From assembly GCF_000189555.1 (NCBI RefSeq), contig NC_017276.1: a stretch of 64,000 nt of DNA, one strand, 5' to 3'. The position numbers and the translations under genes are program-made. Below the pieces are notes generated by a model, which was not told the DNA's origin, ran no database searches, and saw only the letters and a program-made list of their open reading frames with translations. Every line of letters starts with the position of its first letter. Position 1 is the first letter of the stretch. This document shows, piece by piece, positions 1 to 10,678 of the stretch. The stretch is from Saccharolobus islandicus REY15A. GTDB taxonomy: Archaea > Thermoproteota > Thermoprotei_A > Sulfolobales > Sulfolobaceae.

Positions 1-1
1 T

Positions 2-331
2 TCTAGGTTAGAAGTCTGGTCTGTGTTAAAGAGTATAAAGAGTAAGATTTTGTTAACTACACATTATATGGAAGAGGCTGAAGAGCTTTCGGATGAGGTA
101 ATCCTTTTGCATAAGGGTAAACTCATAGCTAAAGGAAGCATAAAGGAACTTTTGGCTAAATTTGATAATAAGGTTAGAGTGGAGGGAATTGGTGAGTATA
201 AGATAGGAAGATTAAGGATTAGTTATGTGGATAGGAATGAAGCATCTGATTATGTAGGAAAATATGTTATTAAGCCAATTACGTTGGAGGATCTGTTCAT
301 AATTTACGGAGGTGAGAGTCTTGAGGAGTAG
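2..331 (+). CDS. ABC transporter ATP-binding protein, C-terminal part (gene starts before the window)
   Basis: Frame is open from base 2; H-loop motif LLTTHYMEEAE; overlaps the downstream permease. Confidence 0.9.
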   Translation, partial: SRLEVWSVLKSIKSKILLTTHYMEEAEELSDEVILLHKGKLIAKGSIKELLAKFDNKVRVEGIGEYKIGRLRISYVDRNEASDYVGKYVIKPITLEDLFIIYGGESLEE

Positions 332-1055
332 TTTTCTGTTAGCTTTTACAATATTTTATGGATGGTCCTCAATAAGGAGAGGATTTGTGTACGTATTAAC
401 TTATCTCAGTATACCTCTAGCTGAATTATTTTTAATATATATTATCACGAGGGGGGATTTCGTAAAGTTCGCCATCGTTGGAGGATTAATTAGCGTTATG
501 GCCAATAACGGATTTTCACTAATTGGCGATCTAGTGTTCTTAAGACTTGAAAGTAGACTTCAAGATTTATTGGTTGCAACTAGCATAGGGCCTAGTGACT
601 ATATCATGGGATTAATGCTTGCAAATTTACTATATTCCTCCCCAGGTGTTATACTATACATTATGCTTTCAGTAATTTACCACGTTTTGACTTTAACCAA
701 CTTCATACCATTATTAATTGATGTCACTCTTCTCCTGTTCTCAACATCCTCCATAGGGTTCTTCTTAGCTAGTCTAGTTCCTCATACGAGATATGGTTGG
801 GGTCTCGCTGGTCTTTTATCTAGCATTTTAACTATAATACCACCAGTATTTTATCCTTATACATTCCTCCCTAAGTCTCTTTACATTCCCTTGCTTATAT
901 TACCAACTACAGCTTCTGCAATATTCTCACAAGGAATCACAAATTTGGTAAATACAAGCGTAGAAATGTTAGTTGTATCGTTTCTAGTTCTGTTACTCGA
1001 ATCTATATTGTTCTTTTTCCTCTCTGTTAGATTTAGCAGATGGAGAGAAAGATGA
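312..1055 (+). CDS. ABC-2 type permease
   Basis: 247 aa with about 6 hydrophobic segments, coupled to the ABC ATPase. Confidence 0.85.
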   Translation: MRVLRSSFLLAFTIFYGWSSIRRGFVYVLTYLSIPLAELFLIYIITRGDFVKFAIVGGLISVMANNGFSLIGDLVFLRLESRLQDLLVATSIGPSDYIMGLMLANLLYSSPGVILYIMLSVIYHVLTLTNFIPLLIDVTLLLFSTSSIGFFLASLVPHTRYGWGLAGLLSSILTIIPPVFYPYTFLPKSLYIPLLILPTTASAIFSQGITNLVNTSVEMLVVSFLVLLLESILFFFLSVRFSRWRER

Positions 1056-1196
1056 TAACAAAGAGGAATTAGACTTAACTTCATACTCTATAAATACATA
1101 ACCACAATTAGGGCACTTTTTCACAACCTTATTATTAACGTGTTCCACCAAGATTTCAACAACCTTACCGCATTTAGGACAAGTTCTTCTAGCCAT
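993..1196 (-). CDS. Small zinc-ribbon protein
   Basis: CPKC...CPNC pairs; 63-bp convergent overlap with the permease 3' end. Confidence 0.7.
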   Translation of the reverse strand: MARRTCPKCGKVVEILVEHVNNKVVKKCPNCGYVFIEYEVKSNSSLLSSFSPSAKSNREEKEQYRFE

Positions 1197-1301
1197 GGAA
1201 TATCTCTTTTTTCTATCATCTTTTTAAGCATTTTTCCATTTGATAAGATGTAGAGGTAGCAGTGCATAAAAATTAATTGGAACTGTTTTGAGTTTCTAAT
1301 T

Positions 1302-1781
1302 ATGAACATAAGCAAACTTCTTCAGCTACCACTAACTGATGATAGTGAGAGCGATGCTGCAGTTGTAGTATTAATAGCTAAAGGCCAGTATATCTTGTTG
1401 ATAAAAAGAGTTATTAACCCAAAGGACCCATGGTCAGGTCAAATGGCGTTGCCAGGTGGTCATAGAGAAGATAATGAGACTACTCTTAAAGCAGCTATTA
1501 GAGAATGTGAGGAGGAAATTGGAATCAGGCCAAATATAAGGTCCAGTCTAGGAGTATTCTCACCTAATAATGCTAGAATAAAAGTTAGGGCATATATTGC
1601 ATTACTTGATGAGCTAATAGAACCAAGGCCAAATCCAGCGGAGGTGGATAAGGTATTTTGGGTTCACGAGAGTGAATTTGCAAGGGGCGATAACGCGTTT
1701 TATTATAAGCAATATAGAATTTGGGGGATGACGTATAGGATACTTTCTAAATTGTTTGAAATAGCTGAACTTAAAATTTAA
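1302..1781 (+). CDS. NUDIX hydrolase (CoA pyrophosphatase-like)
   Basis: Nudix box GGHREDNETTLKAAIRECEEEIG; upstream WSGQMALPG; IWGMT motif. Confidence 0.9.
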   Translation: MNISKLLQLPLTDDSESDAAVVVLIAKGQYILLIKRVINPKDPWSGQMALPGGHREDNETTLKAAIRECEEEIGIRPNIRSSLGVFSPNNARIKVRAYIALLDELIEPRPNPAEVDKVFWVHESEFARGDNAFYYKQYRIWGMTYRILSKLFEIAELKI

Positions 1782-1830
1782 ATTTTATCTTAACAAGGGG
1801 TTCAAAGGGGGCGAAAGTCCCCTTCCGTGA

Positions 1831-3032
1831 CGGTAGACCCAAAATCACCTCCTTAAAAATAAATCTATAGTATAAATAAGCGTTTCAATTACATTAAATG
1901 TAAAATTCTCTGGATTGAATAAATCAGGAAATAAAAGAATTAATAATAATCTAAACTCCTCTCTCCCCACCTCCCCCTTGAATATGGTATATAAGGAGTA
2001 GAGTACAAGGGCCAGCACGAAGATCAACGTGCGGAAAACAAACTTAGTAGAACTAGTAAATGGAAGAAAAGCCTTAATGTTCCTATAAGAGGTCTCTATG
2101 GGACCTCTTACCTTATTGTACAAATCCAACACTTCCCTCTTGGATAGGTCTAGGTTAGTAGCCCTAGCGAAGTAAACAAGACTCTTCTTCTTTCTCCCCA
2201 CTTTTTCCTTGCTGTACACGAGAAGCCTGAACTTGACCTGCTCATCCCTCCTATGCCTCTTACTATTAGTTGTGTAATCCCCGTCAAACTCCTCGTACAC
2301 CTTCACGTCCCCAACCGGAACAGCAATTATGTACTTAAACTGTGAAATGAAGTTGAGCACGTCAACAGTATAGAAACCAGCGTCAAGAGTTATCAACCTT
2401 ATCTTGAATCCCATTACTTGTTCAACAAGAACCTTCACTATCTCGTCCTTAGTCATACCGTTCACTTGCGGCAAGTAAAAGCACTTTCCCCTTATACTTG
2501 GTTGTTGCAGTTGCGTAGTTCCACGAGTTTCCTTTTTCAGAGCTCCCGAGCCCTTTCACTGGTTTCCCGTACCATGTCTTGGTTGTCCAGTCTATTGAAA
2601 GATCTATCTCATTCACTCCCTTTAATATCTCCAAGGATATTTTCCTAGCTCTTTCCAATAGCTTTTCAGTCACTTCCATCCCTTGTTTCTCTACGTAATT
2701 CCTCACGGTCTGTGGGGATACGTCATACGCTCTGGACTTGTTCTCTACTGAATCGTTCCACAAACACGCGGAGATGAGAGTTTTCGCTACCTCCTCTACC
2801 TTTTCCCCTTGGAAGTTCAACATGGAAAGTAATTTATATCCTATTTGTTGAATTTTGGTGAGGGAGACCTGGTGTTACCATCTTGGTTATTCACGTGGTA
2901 ATACTCCATCTCCCTCACCTTAAACCCTTTCTTCAATTGAATTCTTTATACTCTTATAAATTTCTTTATCTTTTATAAATTCGATATTATCCTACCAGAA
3001 ATATTTTTTCTAATATGATTTTGGGTCTACCG
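1831..3032 (-). mobile_element. ISH3-family IS, copy 1 (1202 bp, degenerate)
   Basis: Perfect 17-bp terminal inverted repeats CGGTAGACCCAAAATCA; 4-bp target duplication GTGA at 1827-1830 and 3033-3036. Confidence 0.95.
1845..2881 (-). pseudogene. ISH3 transposase, frameshifted
   Basis: 5-bp, 8-bp and 6-bp deletions relative to the intact copy at 19104-20159. Confidence 0.92.
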
Positions 3033-3093
3033 GTGAGGGAGGGGATGGATAGCCCCCTTATATTTAAATAATTCTTTTTCAAATATTCTATTA

Positions 3094-4299
3094 ATGTCTG
3101 ACGTAGGGTTACGCTTTAGAGCTTACGCTGACGAACAAACATTGAGGGCGTTAAAAGCCCAATTGAGGTTAGCGTGTGAAGTGTACAACACCCTACGTTG
3201 GGCAGACATCTATTTTCATGAGAGAGACGGAAAAGGACTCACTAAGACGGAGTTGAGACAACTAGCTCTCGATCTAAGAAAACAGGATAAACAATATCGA
3301 CATCTATATTCCCAAACACTACAACAGATCGCAGACAGATTCTACGACGCTAGACAGAGGTTCTTCGAAGGGTTAGCACACTTCCCCAAGGAAAAGAAAG
3401 CACACAAGTGGTACTCACTAGTATACCCTCAGTCAGGTTGGAAAGTCATGAAGGTGAGAGAAATAAGGACGAAAAGCAAGAAGAACAAGAAGAAGGTAAT
3501 GACGCTTCAGCTTTCAAACCTAGGTATCTTCAACGTCGTTGTTCATAGGGATTTCCAACTGGAAAAAGTGGAGAGGGTAGTAGTCAAGCTGGCACCTTCA
3601 GGCAGATTGTACATCACTTTCGTTGTGGATCAAGTGTATCCTCAACTCCCCAAGACAAACAAAGTTGTTGCTGTGGACGTTGGTGTAGAGAAACTTCTCA
3701 CTACCTCTGACGGGGAATACGTGCCAAACATGAGGCCTTACGAGAAGGCACTCAACAAGATGAAGAGACTTCATAAAGCTCTTTCAAGGAAGAAGTTCTT
3801 GTCACACAACTGGTTTAAGGCAAAGGTTAAGCTTGCAAGGGCTTATGAGTACTTGAAGAACTTGAGGATGGATATGTACATGAAGCTGGGGAAGTATTTT
3901 GCTGAGCATTATGATGTTCTCGTAATGGAGGATATTCATGTTAAGCAAATTGTTGGTAAGTCTCTCAGAAGGCTGAGGATGAGGTTGCACGATGTTGCTT
4001 TTCATGAGCTTAGGAGTATTATGGAGTATCAAGTTGGGAAGTATGGTAAGGAGATTCGTTTTGTTAATCCTGCTTTTACTTCAATGATTTGTGCTAGGTG
4101 TGGTTACGTTAAGAAGGACTTGGCTTTGGCTGATCGTGTGTTTGTCTGTCCTTCTTGCGGTTGGACTGTAGATCGTGATTATAATGCTTCTCTTAATATT
4201 CTGAGTAGATCGGGGTCGGAACGACCCTTAGTGCCTGTGGAGCTGAGACCTCTACCTTTGGCAAGCCTCGGCTGTGAAGCAGGAAGCCACGTCCGTTAG
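3094..4299 (+). CDS. tnpB: TnpB RNA-guided endonuclease, copy 1
   Basis: N-terminal HTH; RuvC motifs AVDVG, VMEDI and DRDYNAS; zinc finger CARCG/CPSCG. Confidence 0.95.
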   Translation: MSDVGLRFRAYADEQTLRALKAQLRLACEVYNTLRWADIYFHERDGKGLTKTELRQLALDLRKQDKQYRHLYSQTLQQIADRFYDARQRFFEGLAHFPKEKKAHKWYSLVYPQSGWKVMKVREIRTKSKKNKKKVMTLQLSNLGIFNVVVHRDFQLEKVERVVVKLAPSGRLYITFVVDQVYPQLPKTNKVVAVDVGVEKLLTTSDGEYVPNMRPYEKALNKMKRLHKALSRKKFLSHNWFKAKVKLARAYEYLKNLRMDMYMKLGKYFAEHYDVLVMEDIHVKQIVGKSLRRLRMRLHDVAFHELRSIMEYQVGKYGKEIRFVNPAFTSMICARCGYVKKDLALADRVFVCPSCGWTVDRDYNASLNILSRSGSERPLVPVELRPLPLASLGCEAGSHVR

Positions 4300-4334
4300 G
4301 GCGTGGTAGTTCACTTTTATAAGGAACGTTATAG
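4195..4334 (+). ncRNA. Predicted TnpB reRNA (omega RNA) with flank-derived guide, copy 1; boundaries approximate
   Basis: Inferred from the established IS200/IS605 architecture; right-end hairpin GCCACGTCCGTTAGGGCGTGGT ends at TTCAC 4314. Confidence 0.6.
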
Positions 4335-4603
4335 ACGCTATTAGTGATATCGCTTCTGACGTTAATCTAAGGATAAATTTTGATTACTTTGAAGGAGGGG
4401 ATTTTGATCTAAAACTAATTAAAGGTGCAAATATTATTAGCGTTGGTAAGGTTAAAGATAATAAAATTCTTACAATAAATGGTTATGAAATAATAAATGA
4501 TGCATATAGTGCAATTAGAAGATTAATAGAAATTGGGATTGAGAAAATGAGGAAAGAAGCTATTCACTCCTACTACAAATTCTCTTTCTTTTTCTCTCGA
4601 TAA
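4316..4603 (+). pseudogene. Start-less 95-codon open frame directly after the IS605 right end
   Basis: Manual translation FIRNVIDAISDIASDVNLRINFDYFEGGDFDLKLIKG...; no in-frame ATG, GTG or TTG near the 5' end. Confidence 0.5.
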
Positions 4604-4742
4604 ATACATCGCAGCCATTATGTGAAATCCAAAATTTAACTAGATCTCCTTCGCGTGAGATGAAAGAAGCATACTCATCTTCAGTGTTCAACCACATTGC
4701 ATACCTTCCATCTATAGTGTGCATATGAGATTTGAATTCCAT
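4560..4742 (-). CDS. Hypothetical protein
   Basis: 60-aa ORF co-oriented with the upstream hypothetical gene; no motif recognised. Confidence 0.4.
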   Translation of the reverse strand: MEFKSHMHTIDGRYAMWLNTEDEYASFISREGDLVKFWISHNGCDVFIERKRKRICSRSE

Positions 4743-4828
4743 AATTCCTATTTCATCTAGAACTCTTTTAGCTAAAACGATTTTATTAAGCCACTATTTT
4801 ACGAAATTTACCTTGTCCTTAGCTTCCT

Positions 4829-5161
4829 TTAGTCCAAAATATTTATAATAAAATAGTATGGTGTATATACTGCCTCTAATATGGAGTTGTCACCAATAAA
4901 ATAGATTTCTATATTATATTTTATAAGAAACGGAATTATTTCATCTATTTTATCCATTATCTCATCAAAGATATCTATCTCGTAAGCAAACCTATATTTC
5001 GCTAATTCCGAAATGATATCGTCAACCTGTTCACAGTGACCGTTTTGACATCTAGATAACAACAACCCATTATTCCTCGTATATTCAAACACATAATAAA
5101 ATTCCCTACTCTCACAATGTATCAGTTTATCTTTATTTACGCAGTAAACGTATCTTGACAT
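4829..5161 (-). CDS. Hypothetical protein
   Basis: 110-aa ORF divergent from the glc cluster, with protein-like composition. Confidence 0.7.
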   Translation of the reverse strand: MSRYVYCVNKDKLIHCESREFYYVFEYTRNNGLLLSRCQNGHCEQVDDIISELAKYRFAYEIDIFDEIMDKIDEIIPFLIKYNIEIYFIGDNSILEAVYTPYYFIINILD

Positions 5162-5190
5162 AAATATACTCTCGATAAAAAACTATTTTT

Positions 5191-6294
5191 ATGATTTATC
5201 CACTTTATCTATTAATGGAGTGGATTGATGAATTAGCCAGAATCGTAAAGATATCTGACGGAAAAAATGATGATTCTACTCGATGGAAAATTACAGCCAT
5301 ACCACAAACTTACGAAGAACTTAGGGACGTAATTAAGTTTGCTAATGAGAGGAAGTTATCTATTTACCCTTTTTCATTCAATATGCATCATATAGGTCCT
5401 CCTATTAATACCGATATAGGAGTTAAATTAAGCCAATTTAATAACGTTATTGAAATTTCAGACGAGGATCTTTATGTCACATCGCAAGTTGGAGTAAAAG
5501 TTTCCGATTTATTTGAAATGATAAAAGCTAATGGCTTATTTCTTCCAGCATATTATGATGGATCCTTAGGAGGATTATTGGCAACCAACTTACCTACACC
5601 TTTCTCTTCATTTTACGGCTATCCTAAAAACTTAATATTAATGGCTAAGATAATCACTGGAGACGGTATTATAGCTAAGGGTGGTGGTAGGACCCTTAAA
5701 TTCTCTTCCGGATATAAAATACACAAAATTCTATCTGGTATGCTAGGTTGGTTAGGTATTTATCTGGAGGCGACACTAAAGGTATACCCATTTCCAGAAG
5801 TGATTGCTACATTTCAGACCGATAAAGTTTCCTTAATTAGTAAATATAGACCAATTTCCATAATATATGAAGTTGATGAGAAAGGTGAGAGGACTCACGT
5901 TACATTTATCGGATTTAGAAAAGCAATGAACAAAATAGAGGAGGAGATTGGAGTAAAAGGACAAGATGGTTTCTATGATATAAACTATGTTGAGAATGAA
6001 AGGATTGTTTCAATCCATACCGTAAGAGGGAGAGAAGTTGAGGAGATTAAGAGGGCTAAAAGTATTATGAAGGTTAAAAGGGCGATAGGAATAATTGGGA
6101 CTGGGTATTGTAGATTAGAAATAGCTTCATTTGACAATCTTGAGGTATTAAGACGAGAAATAAGCGGACATGTGGTTGTTGAAAAAGGGGATTATAAGGG
6201 AGATTACTGGGGAATTAATGATAAAGGAATATTGCGCAAGCTAAAGGAAGCTTTTGATCCCAATAATACTCTTCTACCCGGATTATTACTTTAG
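5191..6294 (+). CDS. FAD-binding oxidase subunit (GlcE-like)
   Basis: FAD_binding_4-type GSLGGLLATN and GGRTLKFSSGY; C-terminal FDPNNTLLPG. Confidence 0.8.
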   Translation: MIYPLYLLMEWIDELARIVKISDGKNDDSTRWKITAIPQTYEELRDVIKFANERKLSIYPFSFNMHHIGPPINTDIGVKLSQFNNVIEISDEDLYVTSQVGVKVSDLFEMIKANGLFLPAYYDGSLGGLLATNLPTPFSSFYGYPKNLILMAKIITGDGIIAKGGGRTLKFSSGYKIHKILSGMLGWLGIYLEATLKVYPFPEVIATFQTDKVSLISKYRPISIIYEVDEKGERTHVTFIGFRKAMNKIEEEIGVKGQDGFYDINYVENERIVSIHTVRGREVEEIKRAKSIMKVKRAIGIIGTGYCRLEIASFDNLEVLRREISGHVVVEKGDYKGDYWGINDKGILRKLKEAFDPNNTLLPGLLL

Positions 6295-6366
6295 TAACTA
6301 AGTTTATATAAGGCAAAGAGAAAATAGAATGGGTATTTTATAAACTATCTTGAAGACATTAACCTT

Positions 6367-7770
6367 GTGATTGAAAAAATAGCTGAGATAGTAGGCGAGG
6401 AGTGGATAATATCAAGTGATGAAGCCAAGCTGTATTCTTATCCTGCATTTATACCTTTGAAAATAGAGCCACCACTAGTTGTTTTACCTGGAAGCGAGGA
6501 GGAAGTAATTTCCTTAGTGAATTTTCTTAACGAGAATAATATAAGGTATCTAGTAAGGGGTTCTGGGACAAGTTTAAGCGGGGCAACTACTCCGACACAA
6601 GGAGAGGTCATAATTTCGTTAACAAGACTAAACAGAATTTATTCACTGGATAATTTTGAAATCACCGTAGGACCAGGATTAGCAAACTTTCTAATTAATA
6701 AAACGTTAAGTAATCCTAACCTTTTCTATGCTCCAGATCCTTCAAGTTATGTAGTATCATCAATAGGTGGTAATATAAGTCACGACTCTGGGGGAATGCA
6801 CACTCCAAAATACGGCACCACTTTCGATAGTGTAATAAAATTGAGGGTTCTTTTAAGTGATGGAAAGGTTGAGGAAATTGGTGGTAATAATTTCTTTGAT
6901 CCTACATCAATATTTGTAGGTGCAGAGGGTACTTTAGGGGTTATTTTAAGAGCAACGTTAAGGTTATTTCCAAAACCCGAAGTTAGTAAGACCCTTCTAG
7001 CATCGTTCAATTCAATTGATAATGCCGGAAAAGCCGTTGTAAGTGTTTATAAATCTGGGGTAACACCAGCTGCAATGGAGTTTCTGGATAAGAATTCCAT
7101 AATTGCAATAGAGAATACTCAATATAAGGCAAATTACCCTATGGCTGAAGCTATCCTTTTAATAGAACTAGACGGATACAGTGCAAATGTAGAAGAGGAA
7201 GAGGCTAGAGTAGTAAAGGTGGTAAGGGAGAATAATGGTGAAGTTTTCATTCCCAAAGATGATGAAGAGAAAAACAGATGGTGGTGGGGCAGAAAAGGAG
7301 CTTTTCCGTCTTTTGCCTACTATTCCCCAGCTTATTTAACATTAGACGCCAATGTTCCTAGATCAACTTTGCCAACTATGTTGAGATTCACATATGAAAT
7401 CAGTAAGAAATATGGATTGCCAGTTGCAAATAGTTTTCACGCAGGGGATGGCACTTTACATCCGCTAATAGGATTCGATCCTAAAAACGTTGATGAGACA
7501 ATTAATGCAATTAAGGCAGCTGAGGAGATAACGAAACTTGCTATAAAATTAGGTGGGGTACCTAGCGGGGAACACGGTATCGGAATAGAAAAGATAAAGT
7601 TTATGAAGCTTTATTACTCAGAAGACGACTTAACCTTAATGCGAAGACTGAAGACAGTATTTGATTCCAAGAGACTTCTAAATCCATGTAAGTTAGTCCC
7701 CCCAGCTAAGAATGAAATATGTAATACCGTTAATAGGGTGCATACTTACTTGTTGGAGGGAGATATATGA
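6367..7770 (+). CDS. glcD: Glycolate oxidase / D-lactate dehydrogenase FAD subunit (GlcD-like)
   Basis: RGSGTSLSG, PDPSS, GAEGTLG, HAGDGTLHP and GEHGIG motifs. Confidence 0.88.
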   Translation: MIEKIAEIVGEEWIISSDEAKLYSYPAFIPLKIEPPLVVLPGSEEEVISLVNFLNENNIRYLVRGSGTSLSGATTPTQGEVIISLTRLNRIYSLDNFEITVGPGLANFLINKTLSNPNLFYAPDPSSYVVSSIGGNISHDSGGMHTPKYGTTFDSVIKLRVLLSDGKVEEIGGNNFFDPTSIFVGAEGTLGVILRATLRLFPKPEVSKTLLASFNSIDNAGKAVVSVYKSGVTPAAMEFLDKNSIIAIENTQYKANYPMAEAILLIELDGYSANVEEEEARVVKVVRENNGEVFIPKDDEEKNRWWWGRKGAFPSFAYYSPAYLTLDANVPRSTLPTMLRFTYEISKKYGLPVANSFHAGDGTLHPLIGFDPKNVDETINAIKAAEEITKLAIKLGGVPSGEHGIGIEKIKFMKLYYSEDDLTLMRRLKTVFDSKRLLNPCKLVPPAKNEICNTVNRVHTYLLEGDI

Positions 7771-8801
7771 TCTCATCTTTGAAATTAACTGAAATGTGTA
7801 CCCATTGTGGATTTTGTCTAGAAACTTGCCCAACTTATGTTGTAACTAGAAACGAAGTTCACTCACCAAGGGGTAGAATTGAGGCCGTAAGGCTTGGAAT
7901 AAACAGTGTTGGATTTGAGACGTGTATGTATTGTAGATTATGCGAAACTGCTTGTCCAGCAGGCGTTAAATACGGTCAAATTATCACGCCAGTTAGGAAA
8001 AGCTCCACAAAGAAAACCCTAATGGAAAAGATGTTAGAGAACCCAAAATTACTAAGCAAGTCATTAAAACTGTTAGATAAGGTAAGTAGCTATCCAGAGG
8101 TGGAAAGGTTTATGAAATTCATTAAACCTAATGAGATCTCAGAACCATTAGAAACTAATGATGAGGGGGACATAATATTATTTCCTGGTTGTATAGAATC
8201 CGTTATATTTAGAAGAACTGTTGAAAAGGCTTACAAATTCTTAAGTAAAAATTATAAGATAAAAATTATTAATGGATGTTGTGGTTTAGCTCATATAAGT
8301 AATGGAAATCATGAAGGGGCTAGAAAGTTAGCAATGAAACTTGCTGAAAAGGTTAAGGGTAAAAAGGTCATAACATTACAGTCTAATTGTGCTGCATTTA
8401 TGAAGGAGTATAAGGAATGGTTTGGTATAGAAATCAATTCATATGATTTTGCAGAATTTTTAATCAAAGAAGGCATAGAATTACCTAAGGTTAGTGATAC
8501 ATTTACTATTCACTATCCTTGTCATGCATATAGGCAAAAGCTAACTACGCATATTCGTAATGCAGTCGAGAAAATGGGGGTTAAAATAAGTGAAATGGAA
8601 GATCCACATTTTGAATGTGGTGCTGGTGGAGACTATTGGATATCTCATCCTAAGCTGTCTGATATGGTAATAAACGTTAAGAAGGAAAAGATAGCTAAAA
8701 GTAAAGCTAAAAAGGTTATTGTAACAAATAGCGTTTGTGCATTAGCCATAAGGTCAATGGGTTATGATGTATATCATATTGCTGACTTATTGGATACCTA
8801 A
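7767..8801 (+). CDS. glcF: Glycolate oxidase iron-sulfur subunit (GlcF-like)
   Basis: Two CxxCxxCxxxCP ferredoxin motifs plus CCG domains. Confidence 0.85.
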   Translation: MISSLKLTEMCTHCGFCLETCPTYVVTRNEVHSPRGRIEAVRLGINSVGFETCMYCRLCETACPAGVKYGQIITPVRKSSTKKTLMEKMLENPKLLSKSLKLLDKVSSYPEVERFMKFIKPNEISEPLETNDEGDIILFPGCIESVIFRRTVEKAYKFLSKNYKIKIINGCCGLAHISNGNHEGARKLAMKLAEKVKGKKVITLQSNCAAFMKEYKEWFGIEINSYDFAEFLIKEGIELPKVSDTFTIHYPCHAYRQKLTTHIRNAVEKMGVKISEMEDPHFECGAGGDYWISHPKLSDMVINVKKEKIAKSKAKKVIVTNSVCALAIRSMGYDVYHIADLLDT

Positions 8802-9575
8802 TAAATTCCATCTCTCGTTAGAATATTTTTCCTTGTAAAGTCTATTAGCTAATTTTATTTCGTTCGGAGTTAGACTCCCCATAAATACGTCTTTTTCATT
8901 TAACGCCTTAGCGAAGCCTTTTATCATTGCGTCGAATATTTGATCTAATCCCACTTCCATAAACTCAAATAAGCCCACTACCCTACTTTTTAAGAACTCT
9001 TCAGTAACTCCTGGTGCTCTAATAACCTTTAGCCAAATTTCTGGTTCAAACTTAAGCAGCAATGTACCATGTTGTAATAACGCTTTATCATCCCTTACTT
9101 GAGCTGATCCAGATATTTTTCTCCCGGCTACTACCACATCGCTTGATCCACTCCTCAAATAGCATAAGTCATGTTTTTTCATATCCCCTAAGCCTCTAAT
9201 ATCAACGTTCTCCCCTAAGATTTGAAGAGTATATAATATGCCCTTAGCGATCTCTATGGCAGATTCATCAACACTAGACTTAGCTATTGTACTATTTGTT
9301 GACAATACTACACTATATGTAATCTCGTTATCCTCAGGATGTAATAATGCCCCACCACCAGTGGGTCTTCTAACTAACTTAAAGCCTAACTCCTTAATCC
9401 TATCTAAATACGCTGCGTTGGCGTTTTGTCCCCTCCCTAGGCTTACTCCAGAGGGAGACCACATATATAGTCTTAACGTATCGTAATTAACAGTATTTCT
9501 ATTCAGCATTATTGCCTCATCAATTGCCATATTATAACATGGATCTCTAGGACCATCAACTATTACTCTTAGCAT
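8787..9575 (-). CDS. Lipoate-protein ligase family protein (LipM-type octanoyltransferase-like)
   Basis: [25 protein letters not shown] and LQHGT motifs; ATG at 9575 preferred to the track start. Confidence 0.85.
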   Translation of the reverse strand: MLRVIVDGPRDPCYNMAIDEAIMLNRNTVNYDTLRLYMWSPSGVSLGRGQNANAAYLDRIKELGFKLVRRPTGGGALLHPEDNEITYSVVLSTNSTIAKSSVDESAIEIAKGILYTLQILGENVDIRGLGDMKKHDLCYLRSGSSDVVVAGRKISGSAQVRDDKALLQHGTLLLKFEPEIWLKVIRAPGVTEEFLKSRVVGLFEFMEVGLDQIFDAMIKGFAKALNEKDVFMGSLTPNEIKLANRLYKEKYSNERWNLLGIQ

Positions 9576-10413
9576 TTTCAATCGCCTTAAAATATGCCTC
9601 TTTCGCCTTATAAGAGGTTCTAGCTAATGGTAAGGAGACCACTGCTGAAAAACCCATAGAGTAGGCTATTTCCTCAAGCTTCCTAAATTCCTCAAAAGTA
9701 TAACGCTTCTTAACCTCCAATTGTTTACGACTAGGCCTCATGTATTGTGAAAGTACCAATATATTAACTCCTACACTTCTCAAATCTCTCATGGTCTCAA
9801 TTATCTCATCCCAGGTCTCACCAAAACCTAAGAGGATCGAGGATTTTTTTATTACGTTTTTTGCGTATTTTAAAACGTTAAGGCTTTGTTCATATGATGC
9901 TCTAGGGTCTCTTACTATTGGCGTTAATCTTCTTACAGTCTCAACGTTATGTGCAAATACGTCAACTCCCGCATTAATTACCTTTTTGACTGAATTAATA
10001 TCTCCCCTAAAGTCTGGAGCTAAAACTTCGACTATTACTGATGGGTTAAGCTCCTTTACTGTTTTTACTACGTTAACGAAGTGTTGTGCTCCCCTATCAG
10101 GTAGATCGTCTCTATCAACACTAGTTATTACAACATAATCCAGTTTCATCTCCTTTACCGCTTCTGCAACTCGCTTAGGCTCTTCATCGTCCAATGGCGA
10201 TGGCTTCCCCTTTAATACATAACAAAATCTGCAACCTCTAGTACAAATGCTTCCCATGATCATAAATGTTGCAGTCCCAGATCCCCAGCATTCCATAATG
10301 TTTGGACATAGTGCCTCTTCACATACAGTAGCAATACTTTTTGTCTTTACGATCTCTGCCACTCTTTTGAAGTTTTCATTCTCGTAAACTGTAATTTGAA
10401 CTTTTTTCTCCAT
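9556..10413 (-). CDS. lipA: Lipoyl synthase
   Basis: [13 protein letters not shown] auxiliary-cluster motif, CTRGCRFC radical-SAM motif, C-terminal RTSY. Confidence 0.95.
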   Translation of the reverse strand: MEKKVQITVYENENFKRVAEIVKTKSIATVCEEALCPNIMECWGSGTATFMIMGSICTRGCRFCYVLKGKPSPLDDEEPKRVAEAVKEMKLDYVVITSVDRDDLPDRGAQHFVNVVKTVKELNPSVIVEVLAPDFRGDINSVKKVINAGVDVFAHNVETVRRLTPIVRDPRASYEQSLNVLKYAKNVIKKSSILLGFGETWDEIIETMRDLRSVGVNILVLSQYMRPSRKQLEVKKRYTFEEFRKLEEIAYSMGFSAVVSLPLARTSYKAKEAYFKAIENAKSNS

Positions 10414-10416
10414 CGT

Positions 10417-10662
10417 CTAAACCTCTATTAATGCTATAACTGATCCCGGCAATATCTTATCTCCTTCTTTTACCAAAACTTTAATTACCTTGCCATTGTA
10501 CTGGGATAAAATCTTCAATATTGCTTTCTCGATTTCAACCTCAGCTATAACATCTCCTATTTTAATCTCACTTCCTTCTTTTATGTATAATGAGACTATT
10601 TCGCCTCCCCAATCTCTTCTTCTAGGCCATATATCTTCAGGGATCTTTAACTCAGCTTGCAC
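10417..10662 (-). CDS. Stand-alone lipoyl/biotinyl carrier domain protein
   Basis: EVEIEKA lipoylation-type lysine with flanking EGDKI / GDVIAEV patterns; 81 aa. Confidence 0.85.
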   Translation of the reverse strand: MQAELKIPEDIWPRRRDWGGEIVSLYIKEGSEIKIGDVIAEVEIEKAILKILSQYNGKVIKVLVKEGDKILPGSVIALIEV

Positions 10663-10678
10663 AAACTATAAATTGATA

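Larger units (their letters stand above)
1789..4314 (+). mobile_element. IS200/IS605-family tnpB-only element, copy 1, left end interrupted by an ISH3 element
   Basis: Left end (CTTAACAAGGGGTTC...) and right end (...GTAGTTCAC) match copy 2 at 34932-36251; the left boundary is uncertain by a few bases. Confidence 0.9.

Noticed and set aside
3802-4032. 76-aa antisense ORF inside tnpB, repeated at 35739-35969
   Set aside because: Present twice only because the element is duplicated; no motif; expected shadow of a T-rich sense strand
10490-10678. 63-aa N-terminal extension of the lipoate ligase in the ORF track
   Set aside because: Antisense to the lipoyl-domain gene; family similarity starts only after ATG 10679
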